This document shows positions 45,801 to 51,542 of a stretch of DNA of 64,000 nt, one piece after another. This DNA comes from an uncultured Methanosarcinales archaeon (GTDB taxonomy: Archaea > Nanobdellota > Nanobdellia > Woesearchaeales > CAYMBN01). The stretch spans positions 31,391 through 95,390 of the forward strand of contig CAYMBN010000004.1 in assembly GCA_964388715.1 (NCBI GenBank), given 5' to 3'. The notes under the pieces were generated by a model. That model was given only the letters and a program-made list of their open reading frames with translations. It had not been told where the DNA came from and did not search any database. The position numbers were made by a program, and so were the translations under genes. How positions within the stretch are numbered: position 1 is the stretch's first letter; every line of letters starts with the position of its first letter.

Positions 45801-46732
45801 GAAGCGATACATATCTTTACGATTGTGAACAAATAGGCAGCAATGGTGCAGTTACAAATTGTACAGATATAACTGATTATGCAACAAGAAGTTATAATGA
45901 AACAACAGCAATGACAACATGGACAATTCCAAATCCAACAGCTGACTTGTGGTCTTACATTGTACCACAAACACCTTCAACAGCAACACCAGATACTTCT
46001 TCATCCTCTGGAGGAGGAGGCGGAGGCGGTGGCGGTGCCGCTGTTACAACAGAAGCAATTGAAGGAGAAAGTGAATCCAGAACATGGGACAAACTAAAAG
46101 CTGGTCAAGACGTATTGTTAGTATTAAGCAAAGATGCAATCCCAGTAAAAGAAATCAAAATAAAAGTTAAGAATGCAGCAACTAATGCTGAACTAAGAGT
46201 TGCAGAACTAACACAAGCACCAACAACAGATGAAACATTAACTACAGTGTACAAATATCTAAAAATGACATTTAGTAATGTAGCAGACTCTGATCTTGAA
46301 TCAGCAGAAGTTACATTTAAAGTAACAAAATCTTGGTTAAATGAACAAGGATTCACCAGAGATGATGTTGTACTAAAGAGATACAAAGATGGTAAATGGA
46401 CAGAACTTGCAACAGAAGTAGTTTCACAAGATACAGCTAAAATAACATTTAAATCAACAACACCTGGCTTCAGTTATTTTGCAGTTGGAATCAAGAAAAC
46501 AGCAGAAGAAGCTAAAAAAGCAGCAGCAGAAACAGGGGAAGAAGTTGTTGAAGAAGAACAAGTAGCAGAAGAAGTATCAGAACAAGAAGAAGTAACAGAA
46601 GAAAAGGAAACCAAGAAACTTAACTTACAACAAACAATTATCTGGATTGTGGTAATACTTGTTGTTTTAATAGCTGTTCTATTAATTATAGAACATAAAT
46701 ACAAAAACCAGAAAATCAAAAAGAAAAAATAA
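39839..46732 (+). CDS. Giant (about 2,297-aa) secreted, C-terminally anchored protein. It is dominated by a Cys/Trp-rich mini-repeat array, followed by an FN3-like domain and a PGF-pre-PGF-like domain.
   Basis: A GAGGTG Shine-Dalgarno sequence lies upstream of the ATG at 39839, and the signal peptide is ...IIIINTVSA|ENC. There are dozens of units such as CSWDSWGYYCMEKGCWDHWTQDSC. The C-terminal block ...VTKSWLNEQGFTRDDVVLKRYKDGKWTELAT...TTPGFSYFAVG is followed by an acidic linker, the TM IIWIVVILVVLIAVLLII and KKKK. Confidence 0.85.
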   Translation: MSRVLNRLINLILIMSLFIIIINTVSAENCWEYDATDKDTCEAADTDNDGSADDCSWDSWGYYCMEKGCWDHWTQDSCSTANASGCFWQTEANMGWDDTTGWCEESADCWNYNTDNGCANVTGCQWKSSSCQGPSECSDYNDETNCHNSGYGCWWDYGDYCYNPGCWDYKAKTNCETNSCSWVSNSYCSEAGNNCWNYGNQTSCIAVDGCSWETYGDNADEGWCYKKGCWEYSTNTTCLADPSGNCGWDTTYTYCYEKGCHHYGTNDSTTGCVANPDEVIGGCQWTQNGLCKEPTCSDYSDNTTCTTKVGCFWSGTDNTTGTCKWEGCWTYNSDSTCSNTTGCQWKLASCNGDSGCSDYTSYSTCTDATESCWWSWGNYCTSLNCWSSQFSNNQTACETNTQAQGLDCKWDSYWGECWEKWCGEYSTENACNTSISGDCKWIDGWCQEENCWGYSDTATCASKGCSWDADYGYCEQSAAASCYDLNESLCGSAAYNNSCRWDQWGSYCTEKGCWDLGDNVSCTNANLSIECAWTETSEGWCEDSGTQCWDHYLQTDCEANNCTWDSWGSYCMTPGCWDHWTEPTCGNDSDCQWKTSSNSGWDWGWCEKRSCWNWDNTNASACVNTSFSEYSLNCSWDAGDAGEGWCYGPWQNKCWYNDSYMGGNESACVTNNISGVNCSWKAVTGWCYESRKTFSDFNTEGECLKSGWGKWNGTECITSGETMQNSGCWIFDGRAAECVAVRGCTYNSTSRECEGLATEGIQCNNITKLVVNNETNQSLCDVIPMLSTCCVWEAGQCQLTYDTTCWDQMAEAPVGATNCMDYNAIDSPTLCNQITGAPWYMPCNWNNVSGQCEFNDDMATDLDNIKTKRECESIGGTWKTENVCGTDNCAFVKQWCEMESGSSTYGCDASCWACNSSEACRASKKDYCQWTTDGNISQGGFCDIPDTLEIHGDCDKFCGSCEHYSGGDSTPEKACKASAAQCKWDNATENCVQKKSKGCSDDCFYCFDKEGCSLNGGGAQGTCKWDDFDGMCKPTEFDREICFDGEDNDNNDLIDCEDPTCMFDPFCGGSEMDDCWNYLDNASCAQNNCSWFQDPWTNTNRCGVKGENCWIYETNSTGCIGDINCQWYSDTHCAINHTKSDTCFKKTTQTGCEAVSSCKWESNSYSPQGGWCDFAPFECGWNQTLQQSKGNCESNSLCAWVTDPFSGTGWCETKCFARNSSGGQIYKTQATCNAAIAGGICEWSTGWCEPNSTRIGAVSGEDCAFYDNNITQCNNQPGCAWFEQAMMGSDFEHGMGGGFFGSQCDEKMSINCWDFRNQSACNGSLRNGSANATGDGDACRWVTEGTWSWCEPLGMHCGPMHAPINSTTDQPQLNNATCAGDQYCTLAEYEVGRVGCISKCHNTTLDETTCGQVANGNYCVWGGSGAGGGAGGGGGDLTMGGWCDPVGSQKIFKDMEGGAPHMLANDVCGSGTADNATKEWVDICGLGIKEMNEDYGMGMGLQAMTLAAACNGETLWDETTGSGRKTTKGFWYLDTDGVETGGCSSDDGANTGFEFKFIAKWEWSDSGLKEKLTAKRCLSGNWTAANIRLDTHTKKMCQELQGMLITVKKADLTNLPALFKPESSMRIYAASAGENNTAQLPSDTVGPGYYKSGTVDFKTEDCAAIGKVDKDTDGFYAYEDPDCKQMYLDEDKGFKSIEDCKTAHDDDMNGLTNCADPACKDEPVCGGSLAPNSSDHTTPEIKTPDVNELKTKAVIDFKTDERANGTLLFYKTDSSCSLLNATIRDRGLWAGNTSNNYTKYNFNKKIPINNLTANQDALNYSLSNGTTYFYKLKVCDISSNCAQSGCLNFTTKATAQTKTMKFTDPDANQAWTIDVNATGDYSAQGGGCGTSSNNSGSLGSLIDPEVNTQINLQQTQSGSGGNITVGIGGIDTSASKSIANLDMDVGTATGHESGSTENYVWINESGWGGDQGLHTQGAPDNVTIIMPGSDTYLYDCEQIGSNGAVTNCTDITDYATRSYNETTAMTTWTIPNPTADLWSYIVPQTPSTATPDTSSSSGGGGGGGGGAAVTTEAIEGESESRTWDKLKAGQDVLLVLSKDAIPVKEIKIKVKNAATNAELRVAELTQAPTTDETLTTVYKYLKMTFSNVADSDLESAEVTFKVTKSWLNEQGFTRDDVVLKRYKDGKWTELATEVVSQDTAKITFKSTTPGFSYFAVGIKKTAEEAKKAAAETGEEVVEEEQVAEEVSEQEEVTEEKETKKLNLQQTIIWIVVILVVLIAVLLIIEHKYKNQKIKKKK

Positions 46733-46770
46733 CTTAAAAAATATTTTTTTATTTTTTTTTTAAAGTAAGC

Positions 46771-46778
46771 TTTATAAA
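46771..46778 (+). promoter_or_regulatory. TATA box for the DRG gene
   Basis: TTTATAAA lies 31 nt upstream of the ATG at 46802. Confidence 0.45.
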
Positions 46779-46801
46779 TTAAACTGTAATCTTAAACAAT
46801 A

Positions 46802-47902
46802 ATGTCCACTAAAACAATAGAACAAATAAAAGAACTTGAAAAAGAACTTTCAACTACAAAGTATAACAAAAAAACACAACATCATATTGGTTTAATTAAA
46901 GCTAAAATAGCGAGATTAAAAGAAAAAGAGATTTCTCGTTCTAAATCTGGTCCAAAACAAGAAGGTTATTCAGTTAGAAAAACAGGAGATGGCACAGTTA
47001 TCCTTGTTGGTTTTCCTTCTGTTGGTAAATCCACTTTATTAAATGCATTAACAGATGCAAAATCAGAAATAGGCCATTATGATTTTACAACCCTCACCGT
47101 AGTTCCAGGATTAATGAAATATAATCACGCAAAAATCCAAATACTTGATGTTCCAGGTGTTGTAAGAGGTGCCGCCTCAGGAAGAGGGCGTGGAAAAGAA
47201 GTTTTATCTGTCATGCGAAGTGCAGACTTAGCTGTTGTCATTGTAGATGTTTTCCATCCTGGACATTGTAAAGTCTTATTAAAAGAAATTTATGATTCTG
47301 GCTTAAGGTTAAATAAAAAAAGACCTATTGTTAAAATCACAAAAACATTCAAAGGAGGCATTACAGTAGGTTCAACAGTAAAATTAAAAACATTAAAAAA
47401 ACAAACAATCAAAGATGTAATGAAAGAGTTCAAGATTGTTAATGCAGATATTATTATAAGAGAAAAGATTAACATTGATCAATTAATTGATGTAATTGAA
47501 GATAACAAAATATACATCCCAGCGATAACAGTTGTGAGTAAAATTGATATGGCCTCTGAAAAACAATTAAAAAAAGTTAAAAAACTTATTAAACCAGATA
47601 TCCTTATCTCTGCAGAAGAAAATATCAACATTAACGAGCTAAAAAAACTTATTTTTGATAAATTAAAGATAATAAGAGTTTATTGTAAACAAGTCAGAAA
47701 AAAAGCAGATTTAAAAGTACCTCTGATCCTTTTCAAAGGAGCAACATTAAATGACATGTGTCTAAAACTCCACAGAGACTTTGCAGACAAATTCAAGTTT
47801 GCTCGTTTATGGGGTAAATCAGCTAAATTTCCAGGACAAAAAATAGTAAAACTAAAACACGTTTTAAAAGACAAAGACATAGTAGAATTACATATAAGCT
47901 AA
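46802..47902 (+). CDS. Developmentally regulated GTP-binding protein (DRG/Rbg-type Obg-family GTPase with a TGS domain)
   Basis: It has GFPSVGKSTLLNALT (G1), DVPG (G3), SKID (G4) and a C-terminal TGS-like region (GATLNDMCLKLHRDF...IVELH). Confidence 0.85.
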   Translation: MSTKTIEQIKELEKELSTTKYNKKTQHHIGLIKAKIARLKEKEISRSKSGPKQEGYSVRKTGDGTVILVGFPSVGKSTLLNALTDAKSEIGHYDFTTLTVVPGLMKYNHAKIQILDVPGVVRGAASGRGRGKEVLSVMRSADLAVVIVDVFHPGHCKVLLKEIYDSGLRLNKKRPIVKITKTFKGGITVGSTVKLKTLKKQTIKDVMKEFKIVNADIIIREKINIDQLIDVIEDNKIYIPAITVVSKIDMASEKQLKKVKKLIKPDILISAEENININELKKLIFDKLKIIRVYCKQVRKKADLKVPLILFKGATLNDMCLKLHRDFADKFKFARLWGKSAKFPGQKIVKLKHVLKDKDIVELHIS

Positions 47903-48262
47903 TTATTTTTTCTTCTTCCTTTTAGGCTTATCTTTTGGAATCTTTTTGCCAATAAGTTTGTAAAAGAAATTTCTCACTTTTTTCAGACTAGTCATAAAAG
48001 CTATTCTTATTAAAACAAGTATTTCTAAATAATCCTTCCATGTTGACGTAAAATTAAACAATTTTTGTAGTGTGGATAAATTAACTGGAGCAGTTAAAAC
48101 AACCTCTCCTTCTGGAGTTATAATCTCTTTTGGTTCAGGATTACCAAAATTAGTAAAAGCATATAATCCAATCATTACAATTAATGCAATTAATATAGAA
48201 TAAATCCATTTCTTATGATCTTTAAACTCTTTTTTAACCCATGAATCCTTTTTTCCTACCAT
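47903..48262 (-). CDS. Single-pass membrane protein with a Lys-rich C-terminus
   Basis: 119 aa with the TM WIYSILIALIVMIGLYAF and the tail KDKPKRKKKK. Its stop codon abuts the DRG stop codon. Confidence 0.4.
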   Translation of the reverse strand: MVGKKDSWVKKEFKDHKKWIYSILIALIVMIGLYAFTNFGNPEPKEIITPEGEVVLTAPVNLSTLQKLFNFTSTWKDYLEILVLIRIAFMTSLKKVRNFFYKLIGKKIPKDKPKRKKKK

Positions 48263-48359
48263 AACCCTATAATATATGTATTAGTATTTAAACTTTATTC
48301 TCTGCTATTCCAAAAACTTTATATATTCTGTATTTAAATTAGGCTATAGGTGAATAATT

Positions 48360-48611
48360 ATGGCAAAAAAATCAACAGATGTTTCAAAAGATGAACAAGT
48401 GGGTTTTCATAAAGGTGCACTAGCAACGCTTGCAAAAGAAAGAGAAGAAATGGCTAAAATTCTTAATATAGTTGAACAACTTATGCAAATGCATATTAAA
48501 GCACTAAAAGAATTAGGAGTTGACTTAGTAGCAGCTGCTAAACAAGTAGCTAAATCAAAAGGAAAATCAGCCAAGAAAAAAGCAAAACCTATTGAAGATC
48601 TCTTAAAGTGA
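48360..48611 (+). CDS. Small helical protein of unknown function
   Basis: 83 aa. GGTGA lies 7 nt upstream of the ATG, and a TATA box lies further upstream. Confidence 0.4.
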   Translation: MAKKSTDVSKDEQVGFHKGALATLAKEREEMAKILNIVEQLMQMHIKALKELGVDLVAAAKQVAKSKGKSAKKKAKPIEDLLK

Positions 48612-49054
48612 GAAAGAAACTCAGAAAAAAAGAAATAAAAGGATTAAATAATAAACTAAAACAACAGTTTGCCAAAGAATTCTTTAATAAAAAAGAAGAT
48701 ATTATTATTGAGGATAATATAATCAAAAAAGACAACAAACCAATGTTTTTCTACTACAAAGACAAACTTATCCCTTCCCTTAAACTAATAATACAAGACA
48801 ACTTCCTAAAAAAAGTGGTTATTGACATGCCTGCTATTCCTTTTATAATAAAAGGAGCAGACATAATGCGCCCAGGTATCAAGGAATTAGATGAATTTGA
48901 AAAAAACGAAATCATTGTTATTGTTGATGAAACACATCAAAAACCTTTAGCAATAGGAATTTCTATGTTCTCAAGTTCTGAAATCAAAGAAATGGACAAA
49001 GGTAAAGTAATTAAAAACATCCATTATGTTGGAGACGTCACTTGGAACCAGTAG
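48608..49054 (+). CDS. PUA-domain RNA-binding protein (MCT-1/Tma20-like)
   Basis: The C-terminal part IKGADIMRPGI...VIVDETHQKPLAIGISMFSSSEI....KGKVIKNIHYVGD is a typical PUA domain. The GTG start overlaps the preceding stop. Confidence 0.6.
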   Translation: MRKKLRKKEIKGLNNKLKQQFAKEFFNKKEDIIIEDNIIKKDNKPMFFYYKDKLIPSLKLIIQDNFLKKVVIDMPAIPFIIKGADIMRPGIKELDEFEKNEIIVIVDETHQKPLAIGISMFSSSEIKEMDKGKVIKNIHYVGDVTWNQ

Positions 49055-49136
49055 TAACAAATAAACCAAAACATTTAAATAGTAGTGTGGTGTTATGTAT
49101 ATTAGTAGCTAGAAAAGTAAGATAATCATAGAAATA

Positions 49137-49144
49137 TTTAAATA
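49137..49144 (+). promoter_or_regulatory. TATA box at the left edge of the island
   Basis: TTTAAATA lies 32 nt upstream of an ATG at 49169 (a 25-codon sORF) and about 165 nt upstream of the first long island ORF. Confidence 0.35.
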
Positions 49145-49308
49145 TAAGTTACGTTTAAACACTTAAAGATGGCACAAAACCATAGAAAATGGAGTCTGTA
49201 TTTCTTTAATCTAGATATTGTGCCTGTTATTAAAACAATGTTCTAATGCCTCAGCACAACAAAAAAACGCAATAAATGCGGTGTGTGTTGCTGGAGGCCA
49301 CGGTTAAA

Positions 49309-50688
49309 ATGAACAAAGATAGCTCTATGGCTGCGGAATGTGTAATGGTTACTTCACCTATTGAAGAACAAATATTCTTAGATACTGTAATAAGAAAAAC
49401 CTTTAATGCTAATGGATTTTACAGAAGGAAAAACAAAATAGCTGCTTCTGGATATTTATCTACTATATTAACTTGTTTAAAATCACAGAATTTACTACCT
49501 ACAGAAACTTCAAAAGAAATATTAGCACATCCTGAAGTTAGATCCTTAATTAACTCTAAAATAATTGAAAGTGATTATTTATCCTATTCTGTTAGAAATG
49601 AAGCTCAAGGAGTAAGATTAGCTGAATTAGTTCTAAATGGTAACTTTGGACATTATAATTGGGAAATAAAGGATATAGAAGAAAGATTTAATGGTTCTGT
49701 TCTTGTTAATCACGTTAAAGAGTATACTCCAACTGTAGAAGGTTTGCCAATAAAAACAGTTCAAGTAGGATTAAAAGGCATTGAACCAAGTCTAAAAGCT
49801 AAGTACAGAAGGTTAGATACTGATGGTTCAGTTGGAGATGCAACAAGATTAAAAGTTGTTACTGAAAATAAAAATGATCTTCTTGAAGTAATCTCACAAT
49901 TTATTTATGATGTAGTTCCAAGATCAGAATTTGAAGTTGTAGAACCAATAGTTAATAATGTTTTAAAGTGGGATGTTGAATCTTATGAGGATTTACCGAA
50001 TGATGTAACCCAAGATTCATTAGAACTACCAGGATATCAATGTAAAAATAAAGTTAAGAAAAGTCAATTCGAAGCAGTCACAGTGCACTTAAGAGGAGAA
50101 GGTAAATATGATACCATGGAAGTACAATTTGTAACAGGAGCAATGGATAAAAGAAACAATTCTCCTGATCCAAATGAACCAGCTTCACATATAAATTACT
50201 TAAAAAGAAGAAATCAATTTGTCAAAACACATCACCCAAAAGGTCCTGAAGTCATTACAACATATGAATTACTAAATGAAAAAGGAAAACCAGGTAAAGG
50301 ACAGGTAACTCTTGATGTTGAGTGTGTTGCACCATGTCAAGCATGCTATTTAGGCTCAAAATTAAAATTAGATTTCAGTGAATATGATATCCAAACAAGA
50401 GAGCAAAAAGATTATAATGAAAAATTTAAACCTACCTCACCTTTAAGTCACAGAGAACAATACATCTTTGAAATTAATGATAAATATAGACACAGTGTCT
50501 TAATGAAACTTGAAGGAGTATTAGATGATTATCGGAATGAATTAAAAGATAAAAATATGAGAATTGCAAAAGAATGCAGTTTAATTACAGAAGAACAATT
50601 AGAACAAAGCCTAAGAAAAAGTTCAGTATATCTCCCAGGTATTGAATTTATACCAAAGCCAACTAATCAAGAAATAATTTCACATTAA
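49309..50688 (+). CDS. Divergent RelA/SpoT-like (RSH synthetase-fold) nucleotidyltransferase candidate
   Basis: Ordered motifs align to small alarmone synthetases. VGLKGIEPSLKAKYRR matches GRVKxxxSIxEKxxRK. GDATRLKVVT matches DIAGLRI. PGYQ matches GYRS. MEVQFVTGAM matches VEIQIRTxxM. SHINYLK matches EHxxxYK. I chose the ATG at 49309 because GGAGG lies 11 nt upstream; the track start is 49276. Confidence 0.4.
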   Translation: MNKDSSMAAECVMVTSPIEEQIFLDTVIRKTFNANGFYRRKNKIAASGYLSTILTCLKSQNLLPTETSKEILAHPEVRSLINSKIIESDYLSYSVRNEAQGVRLAELVLNGNFGHYNWEIKDIEERFNGSVLVNHVKEYTPTVEGLPIKTVQVGLKGIEPSLKAKYRRLDTDGSVGDATRLKVVTENKNDLLEVISQFIYDVVPRSEFEVVEPIVNNVLKWDVESYEDLPNDVTQDSLELPGYQCKNKVKKSQFEAVTVHLRGEGKYDTMEVQFVTGAMDKRNNSPDPNEPASHINYLKRRNQFVKTHHPKGPEVITTYELLNEKGKPGKGQVTLDVECVAPCQACYLGSKLKLDFSEYDIQTREQKDYNEKFKPTSPLSHREQYIFEINDKYRHSVLMKLEGVLDDYRNELKDKNMRIAKECSLITEEQLEQSLRKSSVYLPGIEFIPKPTNQEIISH

Positions 50689-50707
50689 TTTTTTCAAAAT
50701 CAATAAA

Positions 50708-50791
50708 ATGACACAAACCACCCCTCAAAAATTAGTAAAGATTCTGAGTTTGTTAGTGTTAATTATTGTTTTTTACCTTATGTTGTTTTGA
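50708..50791 (+). CDS. Possible 27-aa hydrophobic peptide
   Basis: MTQTTPQKLVKILSLLVLIIVFYLMLF sits in the 166-nt gap between island genes 1 and 2. I see no clear ribosome-binding site. Confidence 0.15.
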   Translation: MTQTTPQKLVKILSLLVLIIVFYLMLF

Positions 50792-50854
50792 TGCCTTGCA
50801 CACAATTCTTTTCTGCAAGACCAAAAACAGGTGTTTAAAGATACGAGGATAAAA

Positions 50855-51529
50855 ATGCAACCAGAACTTATAACTAACCCAAAAAAGTACGCTAAGGATG
50901 TTATGTATAGAGCAATGAGTAGTGCTTCTGGTAGAGGATATAATCCTTCTGTAGTTGGTTACTTATCTGATAATATGTTTACTGTTAATTTAGGAGAAGA
51001 TTCTGTTGATTTTGTAAATAATGGTATAGGGATGTTGTATGCAAAAACTAGAGCTAGTGGTGTAATAGACAGAAGGGGTGTAAGATTAACATTACAAGCT
51101 CTTTTGGAAGAATCAAGAAGCCTAGGTATTGAAAAATCATCTGATTTAGGGAATTTGATAATGCTTTTAGCATCGCTTTCTAATCCTGTTGGAAAGGATG
51201 GTATAAGTAGAAGGGATTTTTATGATGGTTGTGGTGGAGAATTGTATAGATTAGCTTCAAATTATCAAAAGAAAGGTATGCTTAGACCTGCAGATGATCC
51301 AAAGAAACCTATCTTTGTTGAGTTATGTAGATGGTTTCCTAACTATAGAGAACTGTTAACTTGTGCTATTGGTGAATGTGTTTCAGATGCTGATGGTGTG
51401 ATGAATGAATTATTATTTGGTGGAGAACTTCCTAGTTGGTTGAAGAAAATGTTAGTTGGTGATTCAAATCCTATTCCAATAATAAATATAACAAATGTAG
51501 GAGGTGATAAAATACCTATAATCAACTAG
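50855..51529 (+). CDS. Orphan 224-aa island protein, function unknown
   Basis: GAGGA lies 5 nt upstream of the ATG at 50855. The G/R/V-richer composition is unlike the flanking K/I/N-rich host proteins. No motif recognised. Confidence 0.55.
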   Translation: MQPELITNPKKYAKDVMYRAMSSASGRGYNPSVVGYLSDNMFTVNLGEDSVDFVNNGIGMLYAKTRASGVIDRRGVRLTLQALLEESRSLGIEKSSDLGNLIMLLASLSNPVGKDGISRRDFYDGCGGELYRLASNYQKKGMLRPADDPKKPIFVELCRWFPNYRELLTCAIGECVSDADGVMNELLFGGELPSWLKKMLVGDSNPIPIINITNVGGDKIPIIN

Positions 51530-51542
51530 GTAGAAGCTTAAA

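Noticed and set aside
39778-46719. Roughly twenty short ORFs in alternative frames or strands across the second giant gene
   Set aside because: All are nested in the 6.9-kb main ORF, which has a signal peptide, coherent repeats and an anchor. Their translations are low-complexity (His/Asn/Leu/Tyr-rich) frame shadows.
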